Source: Raja brachyura (taxonomy: Eukaryota). Taken from it: a stretch of 64,000 nt of DNA. Every line of letters starts with the position of its first letter. The stretch's first letter is position 1. Position numbers and translations under genes: made by a program. The notes beneath the pieces were generated by a model. It was not told the origin of the DNA. It made no database searches and worked only from the letters and a program-made list of their open reading frames with translations. This document shows positions 48,021 to 59,100 of the stretch, piece after piece. Location: assembly GCA_963514005.1 (NCBI GenBank), contig OY740808.1, positions 12,648,001 to 12,712,000 on the forward strand, given 5' to 3'.

Positions 48021-49165
48021 AGGACTCTATGGCTCTATCCCTTTCTCCAGATATGGCGTTTGACCCGCTGAGTTGCTCCAGCTTTTAGTGTCAAACTCAT
48101 TATTTTATGCAGGTGTTCGGGGATGGACAATCGAGACTTGGATTTTGTTCATCCTTGGACCAATTGTCCAATTGTCCAGTGCGTGTTACTAATCAATGAT
48201 GCTTCCCCTGGACGACGCAACGCGTGTTGGAAGGGCTGCTATCAAATCTCCCTTGCGCAATGACATCGTCAGTTGCCATCGCTGCATTCACTCGACCACG
48301 AAAGCCGCACTGTGGACCCCGACAACCAATTGGAGATCCAGACTGTTGCACATCCCGATTCATGGTAAAAAATTGGGAGGAAATTAGTGCCAATTTTTAA
48401 AAGGCTTGGGGATTCAACACCAGTTAAATTACTGTTCAAGAACTTTGCATCATAATAAAATGGAAAGGAAAAAACATTGCATCAGAGATCAGTTCATTGA
48501 ATAGATTGACTCATGGAAAAAAAACAACAAAAAAAACGAGGAAGCACGAATCACTTATTTGCCTTTAATCAATGTTGTTGAACATGCAGCACTAAAGTCA
48601 ATTTCATTTCGGAGTCACGTGAGTGACTTCGTGAAGAACCCGCCAGCACGCATGCGCGACATATCGTTGCAACGCATTGCAGTCGACGGCTGGAGGTGGA
48701 GCGCGGCTCACCACCAGCCCTTCATAAGGGCCACCCAGGTAAGTATTAGATAACCTTGAGTTGGTTGTTCTTGTTGTGTTGAGTGTGTGTTTCTCTCCAA
48801 CTGGAATATGGATAGAAGGAGAAGGGCCGCAGGACATCCGTAAGGAGTCGCCGGCCACCTATCCCGGAGCCCTCCTCAACGGTTGCACCTGCGAGTCGGG
48901 CCGGGAAAAAGGCGCAGAAGTCGGGGAGCCCTGTCGTCACAGGACCCGACCCACCGACACACCGTAGCTCTAGCGAGGGTCCCGCAGAGCAGGACTTCGG
49001 TGCAGCGCCGGAGCAGGCTGACACTGACTCCATCTCTTTGTCACCAGCGGGCTCGTTGGTCGACCCAACGTTGGCGGGACTCAAGTCCACTGGCAGATCT
49101 GAGAGGGCCAGTGTGGACTCACCAACCAGCAGGACCAGGAAGAGTCATTCAGGTGGAGTCCCGCC

Positions 49166-50872
49166 GTGGTCACCGAGTCCCCCATTGGCGGGAGGACGGG
49201 ACCGTATGCCGTCTGGGTCCAGGATCAGGACAGTCGGCAAGCCCGCGCAGATGTCGGGTCACCACGCTGCGGCATTGGGTGCCGACCTCTCACCGTATTT
49301 GCCCCTGGAGGCAGCGGGATCGAGCTCCGCCAAAAGGGGTTGGACAAGCTAGATGCTGGAAGATTGTTCCCGTTGTTGGGGGAGTCCAGAACAAGGGGTC
49401 ACAGTCTAAGGATAAGGGGGAATTCCTTTAGGACCGAAATGAGGAAAACATTCTTTACACAGAGAGTGGTGAGTCTCTGGAATTCTCTGCCACAGAAGGT
49501 AGTTGAGGCCAGTTCATTGGCTATATTTAAGAGGACGTTAGATGTGGCACTTGTGGCTAAAGGGATCAGGGGGTATGGAGAGAAGGCAAGTACGGGATAC
49601 TGAGTTGGATGATCAGCCATGATCACATTGAATGGCGGTGCAGGCTCGAAGGGCCGAATGGCCTACTCCTGCACCTATTTTCTATGTTTCTATGTTTCTA
49701 AAAGGAGGCGTTTGAGCAGATCCGCGCGGGAATCGCTCAGTTTAGCGACAGTTCTTTCCGGCACCGAGATTACCTTGACGAGGTACGGGCCGATGACAGG
49801 AGCCTCAGGAGTTCCTTTGGACATGAGGACTCCGACCACCCGGGTTCGCATGGCGAAGGGCGAATTGACAGGATGGAGAGGATGTTGGAACTTATCCTGC
49901 AGCAAAACCAGAGGCGGGAAACATTTAGTTCCAGGGGGCATATGGATATATCCCCATCGTCAACGGGAAGCATGAGACAGCTGGAGGATGAGGGCATCTT
50001 GGTCCATGCACCGACTACATCTGAGGTCCCTCAGGAGGAGCTCCTGGACGTGGCAACTAAATTTGCACTACCAGAATCGTCAGGACAACCCCTCAACTCC
50101 AAACTGGCTGCTACCGTTGACTTCCTCATGAACCATCAGCTTCAAGAGCAGGTCCTTGCAGAGGCCATGAATAGGCACAAGGCACCAGGAAATTGCAACT
50201 CCCTTAATGTGCCTATCGTAAATACGCCGATTTGGGGCAACATTAGCCCAGGCATCAGAACTCAGGAGATGAAGTTGCAAAGGATCCTGAATCACTGCTG
50301 GGATTACCACTTTCGCAAGGTCGGTGGGCGGGGTGGATCTGAACACCGAGCAGGAGGATGCTCTGGCACTACTGTGTAATACACAGTACGAAATTAATGC
50401 ACTCAGGAAGAGCATTATAAAACCCACATTGAACCCCAAATTTGCGGTTCTATACAAAGCACCTCCTACGCTGCCACCCAGACAGTTGTTCGGGGAGGAC
50501 CTCCCGAAGCAGGTCAAGGAATTGGATGACCATGCAAAAACGGTGGGTCTCATGAGATCTCATCTCTCGTCCAGGCAGCCGGCCAGGAAAGTACCATTCT
50601 TCAGGCCACGAGGCCCTGCCATCAGGCCAGCAAGGACCTACGCTCCAGCACCACCGCAATATCAGCAACCTCAACAGCCTAGGCCTTTTTTAGGGCTAGG
50701 CCCCCAGCGGCCAGCATGGAAAATGTGGCACCGCATTATCAACACAACCCAGCACCTCCACGTCCCGCCAAACATATCAGCGACCGCCGATAACCATGAA
50801 GGTAAGGCGGTCTGGATTTCATGCACCTGCATGTTTAACTTCACATGTTGGTGGGAGACTATGGTTCTTTAA
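49166..50872 (+). pseudogene. DIRS ORF1 (gag-like), interrupted by a CR1 fragment and a frameshift near 50290
   Basis: Lies 5' of RT and overlaps it. Removing the CR1 insert and one AAAAGG copy joins ...GIELRQK to EAFEQIRAG...RMERMLELILQQ. True start not determined. Confidence 0.6.
49338..49699 (+). mobile_element. 5'-truncated CR1 3' end nested in DIRS gag
   Basis: TRGHSLRI...FFTQRVV.LWNSLP C-terminus, (TTTCTATG)n tail, AAAAGG on both sides (49332-49337, 49700-49705). Confidence 0.9.
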
Positions 50873-52724
50873 GGAGGCATGGGAAACCATCACTTCTAAT
50901 GAGTTTATCTTACGAAGTATTCAATGCCATGAGATTGAATTCATCAATGGTCAAATCCCTCCATCCCAGCATATGCCAAATCGCAAATTTACACTGTCCA
51001 GCAAATAAACGGCAGTAGGCTATGCTGAAATCTTGAGGCTACAAGAAAAAGGCGTGATAGAAAGAACTATACACGATCCAATTGAATTTGTATCTAACAT
51101 ATTTACAAAAACCAAGAAGGATGGAGGATGTCGGGTTATTATTGATCTGACCCATTTGAATACTTTTGTAAAATATACCCATTTTAAAATGGACACGTTC
51201 GAAACAGCCAAATCTTTGATTTCTGAGGGCTGCTTTATGGCATGCATTGATTTAAAGGATGCATACTATTCAGTATCCATTCAGAAACACCACAGGAAGT
51301 TCTTGAAGTTTACCTGGATGGATCAGCTCTGGCAATACAAAGCTTTGCCAAATGGGCTTACCACAGCTCCCAGATTATTTACTAAATTGCTCAAACCAGT
51401 ATTGGCTACACTGAGGAGACAAAATCACATGGTCATGGCCTATCTGGATGATATCCTAATTATTGGGAACACTCTGGATTCAGCGGAACTGGCAGTTTCA
51501 GCCACCATGGAAATTTTTCAAAAAATGGGATTCATTATCCATCCAGATAAATCAAAGTTCTGCCCTTCACAGGTCATGGATTATCTGGGATTCACGGTGG
51601 ATTCCACTCGCATGATGGCCACCATACCAACTAACAAAGTTGGGGATGTCATTCAAGTATGTAAGAATCTAAACTGCGCCAGTATACCATCAATTAGACA
51701 AACTGCTAAGGTGTTTGGGAAAATCGTAGCAGTTTTTCCAGCTGCCCAATACGGACCTTTGCATTATCAAAATTTGCAGAGAGCCAAGATTTCAGCGTTA
51801 AAACTGAACGCTGGACATTTCGATAGACCTATGCAGCTGCCTCTCAAGGCAAAAATTGAGTTACTATGGTGGATTGACAATATCCATGACTCATTTAAGC
51901 CCATCATTTTGCCCAATCCGATGGTATACCTACAAACAGACGCAAGCTCCCATGGCTGGGGAGCCACGGACAACTATTCTAGTTGTGGAGGCAGATGGGA
52001 CACCCTTGAATCCACCCTGTTGTTGTCACAAGGGATACATTATTTGGAGATGCTAGGAGCATTTCACAGAGTTAGAGCTTATTGTTCTAACCTTACTGAC
52101 ACTCATGTCCGTCTCCAAATAGATAATACCACTGCGGTGGCATATCTAAATCATATGGGCGGTACCAGGTCAATTTCATGTGATGAATTGGCTAATACAA
52201 TTTGGCTCTGGTGTATTCAACGGAATATTTGGATTTCAGCTACTTATTTACCAGGTAAGCTCAATACAGTGGCGGACACCAGGTCACGCTAATTCAATGA
52301 CAACATTGAGTGTATGTTAAATCCCCAAATATTCGCTAAAGTTACAGCCAAATTTGGTAAACCGGATATTGACCTTTTTGCATCATGGTTGAACCATCAG
52401 GTACCAACATACTTATCATGGGAGCCAGATCCTGGGGCAATGGTGATGGACGCGTTCTCACTAGATTGGGGGAAATGGTTTTTCTATGCATTTCCTCCCT
52501 TTTGCCTCATCAGTCGGGTATTGCGGAAAATACACTCAGATGTTGCTAAAGGCATTCTTATCATACCCGACTGGCCTACGCAGCCATGGTATCCGGTGGT
52601 CCTTGATATGATCAGTCAACCATGGGTTCTCTTAGAGGGTTGCCCACAATTGGTAACGAACCCTGTCTCAGGGGAACCACATCCCTGCCACAGTCATCTA
52701 AACTTGTTGGCTTGCAGGTTCTGA
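50796..52724 (+). pseudogene. DIRS ORF2: reverse transcriptase / RNase H / adenine-methyltransferase-like domain, two in-frame stops
   Basis: ORFs 50796-51008, 51033-52292 and 52314-52724 share one frame. Motifs DLKDAY, LPNGL, YLDD (RT); TDAS, LEM, DN (RNase H); DIDLFAS and YAFPPF (MTase-like). Stops at 51006-51008 and 52290-52292. Confidence 0.9.
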
Positions 52725-53701
52725 ACAGGCCATTACTGCGGTATGGCCTATCATCAAGAACTATGGATACCATTGGAGCATCATGCCGGGAGTCCACCAG
52801 GTGGCAATATCTTACACATATCCGGAAATGGGAAACTTACTGCGGCCGCTCCCACATTGCATACGACTCCGTTACTATCACCGATGTGCTGGAATTCCTG
52901 GCGGGGTTGCATCATGACGAACACCTCAGCTACAGTGCCATCAACAGCGCCAGGAGTGCGCTATCATTCTACCTCAATATTGAGGTAGGATCCAACAAGC
53001 TGGTGTCCAAACTCATGCGGGGAATATTTAATTCCAATCCGCCTAGACCTCGTTACAACATCACCAGGGATATTGGGGGAGTATTAACCCTGCTCAGGAC
53101 GTGGTCGCCCATGGGAGGGATTGAATTGGACAAACTCACCCTGAAGCTGGTGATGTTACTGGCACTGACTTCAGCGCAAAGGGTACAGACACTCCACAAG
53201 GTCAGGATCGACAGGATGATCTCTACCCCTGGGGAAGTAATCTTCTTTATAGATGAATTACTCAAGCAGCATAGACCTGGATTCACAGGGCTGCAGATGA
53301 AGTTTCCAGCATACCCCGCTGATGCAAGGCTATGTTTAGCCACCCATATCCGCCACTATATCAAAGTGATGAGGAAATTAAGGGGAATGGAGAAATACCT
53401 ACTCATCAGCCACAAGAAATCTCACCATAGAGTGACGGTACAGACGATCTCCAAATGGCTCAGGATCGTCTTGAATGAGGCAGGTATTGACACTAATGTC
53501 TTTAAATCCCATTCCACCAGGGCTGCATCGACGTCGGCGGCAAGGGTCATGGAGGTGCCCATGGATCATATTCTTGCCACAGCGGGATGGGCGAACGAAG
53601 CCACCTTCCAACAGTTTTACAATAAACCTGTTGCCGCTCCTGTATTGTTCGCGGAGGCCGTGCTGAATGCGGGTCAAGAGCATACAGATGTCCCCCAGTG
53701 A
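52622..53701 (+). CDS. DIRS ORF3: tyrosine recombinase (open frame)
   Basis: 359-aa ORF overlapping ORF2. Catalytic set R (AQRV), K (LKQ), HxxR (HSTR), W (AGW), Y (FYNK). Confidence 0.9.
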   Translation: MGSLRGLPTIGNEPCLRGTTSLPQSSKLVGLQVLNRPLLRYGLSSRTMDTIGASCRESTRWQYLTHIRKWETYCGRSHIAYDSVTITDVLEFLAGLHHDEHLSYSAINSARSALSFYLNIEVGSNKLVSKLMRGIFNSNPPRPRYNITRDIGGVLTLLRTWSPMGGIELDKLTLKLVMLLALTSAQRVQTLHKVRIDRMISTPGEVIFFIDELLKQHRPGFTGLQMKFPAYPADARLCLATHIRHYIKVMRKLRGMEKYLLISHKKSHHRVTVQTISKWLRIVLNEAGIDTNVFKSHSTRAASTSAARVMEVPMDHILATAGWANEATFQQFYNKPVAAPVLFAEAVLNAGQEHTDVPQ

Positions 53702-54469
53702 GGGTTTTTTTTCCTTTGTTTGTTGTTAATAAATATTATTATTATTTTTTCAGTACAAGCAGTCTGGAAAGTTGATTACTCCTATCCATCCTTATAAGTG
53801 GTGTGTGAAAGCATGGACGTTGTCCAGGGCATGGAATCACAGAGCTTTGAAGTCTTCACGAAGTCACTCACGTGACTCCGAAATTAAATAGTAAGATTAA
53901 ACAAGAACTTACCAGTTCGAAGGTTGATCTTTATTTTATGAGGAGTTGCGATGAGGGATTTCGTGCCCTCCGCTCCCACCCCTCGATCATTAAGTCAACT
54001 GGTAATTCAGATTGAGTCTCTTCAATCTTACTATAACAAGTTATTTCTCTGTTTGTTGGTTCTGTGATTCCACACCGCTGCTTTGAAGAATGTCGCGCAT
54101 GCGTGCTGGCGGGTTCTTCACGAAATCCCTCATCGCAACTCCTCATAAAATAAAGATCAACCTTCGAACTGGTAAGTTCTCGTTTAATCTTACTATTAAA
54201 CTTGAACCAGCACATTCATTGGATAGACAGCGTTTACAATAAAACCGTTTCCAATACATAATATTCGATGAAAATTAAAACTGCGAAGTTTTTGGTTGTT
54301 TATTTATGTTACTATCCACCATTCCGTTTATTTATTTACATATTCGCCTATTTTCCCATTTTTATTGTTCTATTTATTTATCCACCCGTGTATTCGTTTA
54401 TGTCCTTAGTTATCTATTTATTTATTTATTTATTTATTTGTTGTTTTTGTGTTTTTTTTCCCTTCCCCT

Positions 54470-54765
54470 CCTCTGCTTGTGCCCCAGCCGTATTGACACC
54501 TATTTATCCCCCACTCCCTCCCCTTCCCCTTATATTCCTTCTTCTGTCTTCACGATTCGAACTGCTATCCTTAGATCACACCTTTTGTCTTTTCTTATTT
54601 GGCCTTTGTCCAACCATCAGCCAATCACCCGCCACCTCACTGTATCCACCTACTTGTGATGCTTAGTCATACCCCGCCTCTCTTCCAGCTTTCTCCTCCA
54701 CCCCCACCATAATCAATCAGAAGAGAGGTCCCGATTCTAAACGTCACCTATCCATGTTCTCCCGA
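54470..54765 (+). mobile_element. Penelope-like 3' UTR/terminal repeat ending in a degenerate hammerhead motif
   Basis: Pyrimidine-rich tract ending CAGAAGAGAGGTCCCGATTCTAAACGTCACCTATCCATGTTCTCC. Confidence 0.55.
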
Positions 54766-54861
54766 GGGTTCCCCACTAATTTGTGTAACATTTCGTTCTG
54801 TTGTCACCTGGAAGAAATGAATGATCCAAGTTTCTCAGCTCAGCGCGCAAGTTTTTCACCA

Positions 54862-55122
54862 TCAAATAAAATGGATCGCGATTTTTTACTGGGATTTGCC
54901 TTTAGTCTCGTATTCAACCACACAGGAGTAAAGCTTGTGCAGTTTCCAATCTGAGGCTGGCAGAGGGCTGTCCGTCTCATGCTGGACCCGCTTGGTCTCA
55001 ACGCCATTCCTTCTCGCAGTTTTGTCTGCAGTCCACTCAATGTCTACACCCCGCTTACCGAACACACCAGGATAGCCCGTCCATTTACCGTGACTTCGTT
55101 CGGCGAAGGCGGCAGAACCGAC
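54862..55122 (-). pseudogene. IGLC: IgL cluster 5, decayed constant-exon relic (closest to C4)
   Basis: Fragments SVLPPSPNEVTVNGRAILVCSVSG / VDIEWTADKTARRNGVETKRVQHETD / LPASDWKLHKLYSCVVEYET with internal deletions and frameshifts. SDWKLH is shared with C4. Confidence 0.85.
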
Positions 55123-56199
55123 CTTCAATAAAAGTTGGGAAACTACTTCAGAAACATTACGCTTTGCGATATAATTATCAGAATGTCTCTCACTCTATCA
55201 GCGGTTGATGCTCAGAGTTTTCTTTCCAGGGCCGATGTATTATATAACATATTTTCTAGCTTTAAAGTAGGAGAGGGGACGTTTGAAGGGGGTACACTTT
55301 GCATGTCTTTTTTAAACAGAAAGCGTGGAACGCTTTGGTAGCAGAAGCGGTAGAAGTAGATACCGTGCAAGGTTCAAGAGGCATTTAGGCAAGCACGTTA
55401 ACAGATAGGGAATGGAGGGATATAGACATTATATTTGGCAGGCAGATGGCATTAGTGTAAATTGGCAATAGGTTCGAACAGACATCGTGGGCCATCGTGG
55501 ATAGATATGAAGTTATGATACTGACATCGTGTTTTACAGCATTCACGCGGATGATGAGCAAGAGAGGCCGACAGCATTATGTGTGGCATGAGTGTAAGTG
55601 CATGATTTTCTCGCCGGTCCTGGCGCTCACATATAGAAATTTTCGAAAGGCAACGCTAAAATAATGTAATTACATTACGACACTGGAGAAAATGCGGCCT
55701 CCCCCACCCCCGTCCTTATTTTCTTGTAATTTTCTCTCTCTCCTGGATATTTAATCTCCGTTTGATTCACTTTGCAATGTATCTTCACTAAGGGTATTAG
55801 AGCAATAGATAGGGATGGGAAATCGATGCATTGTCTGGCCAACAATACATTAATCCCCAAAATAAATCAATGGATAGGGATTAATTCAGCTAAAAAAACA
55901 CAAACGGACAGTGTTTGTTAACGTGTAGGAAGGAACTGCAGATGCTGGTTTAGATCTAAGATAGACACAAAATGCTCGAGTAACGCAGCGGGAAAGGAAG
56001 CATCTCTAGATTCGGGTCTGAAGAAGGGTCTCGGCGGGAAAGGTCACAAATTCCTTCTGACCATATATGCTGTCTGTCCCGCTGAGTTGCTCCAGCATGT
56101 TGTATCTAGTGTTGGTTAACGTCTGTTTCGTTTTTTTCCAGTCTAAGAGAAATATTGATTTTTTTGTTCCTGCAATATAGTTATTGAGTCCACCGAACG

Positions 56200-59100
56200 T
56201 TTCGATATATGTCAAAATCATGGAAGGGCAAGGCACAATTACGCCGCTAACATGATATTTGAGAAGCAAGTGGATGACCTCAGATTCGTCCGAGAAACTG
56301 AGTCGTTCCTCGCCAAGTCCTACAGTAAGATTGTTACGCCTAAGGTGGTGGAAGAGAGAAGGTAGGTGACGGTGATAAAGGGAGGGGAACATGGAATGAA
56401 AAGGTCCCCGTGTGTTGTACCTCTTGTGAACAGGTTAACGCACTCAGAAGCTGTCGGGACAGAAGACGTTATCACACTGAGCGGCGGACTGGCTTGCGAA
56501 ACAAAAACGGCTGTTTAGTCAAAACCAAAGAGGCCAACGTCAGGCAACGCCATTGTAGTTAGAGATTCCATTGTGAGAGGTACGGACAGGAGTTTCTGCA
56601 GGAACAGACGGGATTCGAGGATGGTGTGCTGCTTTCCTGGTGCCAGGATCTAGGATATCACGGACAGAGTGCAGAAAATCCTCAAGGGCGAAGGTGAACA
56701 GCCGGAAATGGTAGTGCATGTCGGCACAAATGATGTCTGAAAGAAGGGGATGAATATTCTGCAGCGTGACCTTAGAGAGATCGGAAAAATGCTGAAAAGC
56801 AGGACCTCCAGGGTTGTTATCTCCGGTTTGCTTCCATTTCCTCGTGCTGGCGAGAGCAGGAACAGGGAGATACGGACCTGAATGTGTGGCTGAGGAACTG
56901 GTACAGGGGGCAGGGATTTGGATTCCTAGATCACTGGGGAGTAAGGGGGAACTGTATGAAAGGATGGATTGCATCTGAACAGGTGGGGGTCCAGCATTCT
57001 GGCAGGCAGGTTTGTCACTGCTACACGGGTGTTTTTAAACTAAATAACCATATAACCATATAACGATATAACAATTACAGCACGGAAACAAGCCCTCTCG
57101 GCCCTTCCAGTCTGTGCCGACCATTTATTTTCCACTAGTCCCATCTACCTGCACTAAGACCATACCCCTCCATTCCCGTCCCGTCCATATACCTATCCAC
57201 TTTACTTTTAAATGTTAAAATCGATCCTACCTCCACCACTTCTGCTAGAAGCTCATTCCACACAGCCACCACTCTCTGAGTAAAGAAGTTCCCCCTCATA
57301 TTACCCCTAAACTTCTGTCCCTTAATTCTCATGTCATGCCCTCTTGTTTGAATCTTCACTACCCTCAATGGGAAAAGCATATCCACGTCAACTCTGCCTA
57401 TCCCTTTCATCATTTTAAAGACCTCAGTCAAGTCCCCCCTTAACCTTCTGCGCTCCAAAGAATAAAGACCTAACTTGTTCAATCTTTCTCTGTAACTTTG
57501 TTGCTGGAACCCAGGCAACATTCTAGTAAATCTCCTCTGTACTCTCTCTATTTTGTTGACATCCTTCCTATAATTAGGCGACCAAAATTGTACACCATAC
57601 TCCAGAATTGGTCTTACCAATGCCTTGTACAATTTTAACATTACTTCCCTACTCCTATATTCAATGCTCTGATTTATAAAGGCCAGCACACCAAAACATT
57701 TCTTTACCACCCTATCTACATGCGATTCCACCTTCAGGAAACTATGCACAGTTATTCCTAGATCCTTCTGTTCCACAGCATTCCTCAATTCCCTACCATT
57801 TACCATGTACGTCCTATTTCAATTTGTCCTGCCAAGATGTAGCATTTCACACTTATCAGCATAAAACTCCATCTGCCATCTTTCAGCCCACTTTTCCAAA
57901 TGGCCCAAATCTCTCTGTAGACTTTGAAAATCTACTTCATTATCCACAACACCACCTATCTTAGTATCATCTGCATACATACGTATCCAATTTTCCACCC
58001 CATCATCCAGATCATTGAATAAGGGGGGCGGGGTGTCAAATGGGATAGTCAAGGGTGGAGTTAAAGGGAAAGAGAGTAAAGGGATGGTTAATGACCCCCT
58101 GAATTAACGGGAAAGGAAGCTCACAAAGGGACAGGAGAGTATGGCCAAGTGTAATAGGGATCGATGTGAAAGGTGAGATGCGTAAGGAACTAAAAGTATT
58201 GTAGATGAATGCGCGAAATATAAGAAGTAAAGTAGATGAGCTTGAGGCTCAGTTAGAGGTTGGTAGATATGACATTGTGGGGATTACTGAGACGTGGCTG
58301 CAGGAGGATCGGGCCTGGGAACTTAATATTCAGGGTTATACATCCTATCGAAAGGACAGGCAGGTGGGCAGAGGACGCGGGGTAGCTCTGCTGTGATGGA
58401 TGAAATTCAGTCCCTTGCGAGGGAAGACATAGGGACTGACGAGGTAGAGTCATTGTGGATTGAGTTGAGGAATTGCAAAGGCAAGAAGACGCTAATTGGT
58501 GTTATTTACAGACCCCCAAATAGTAGCCCGGATGTACGTTGTACGTTGCAGCAAGAGTTAAAACTGGCATGTAACACAGGTAATACCACTGTGGTGATGG
58601 GGGATTTCAATATGCAGGTAGACTGGGAAAATCAGGTTGGTTCAGGACCTCAAGAAAGAGAGTTTGTAGAATGCCTCCGAGATGGATTCTTAGAGCAGCT
58701 TGTAATGGGGCCTACCAGAGAAAAGGCAATTCAGGATTTAGTGTGTCCAATGAACCTGATATGATAAGAGAACTCGAGGTAAAAGAACCGCTTGAAAGCA
58801 GTGATCATAATATGATTAGTTTTAACCTGCAATTTGAGATGGAGAACGATAAATCGGAAGTGGCAGTTGAACAAAGGTGACTATGAGGCATGAGAGGGGA
58901 GCTGGCCAAAGTAGACTGGAAAGGGATCCTAGCAAGAATGACGGTGGAACTGCAATGGTACGAATTTCTGGGCATAATCCGGAAGATGCAGGATCATTTC
59001 ATTCCAAAAAGGAAGAAAGATTCTAAGGGGAGTAGGAGGCAACCGTGGCTGACGAGAGAAGTGAGGAATAGAATAATACAAAAAGAAAAGATGAATAACA

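Larger units (their letters stand above)
48601..54197 (+). mobile_element. DIRS1-type tyrosine-recombinase retrotransposon, structurally complete
   Basis: Perfect 35-bp inverted repeat 48628-48662 / 54090-54124. Internal complementary region 53853-53965 matches both termini. Gag-like, RT/RNase H/MTase-like and YR ORFs in DIRS order. Confidence 0.95.
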
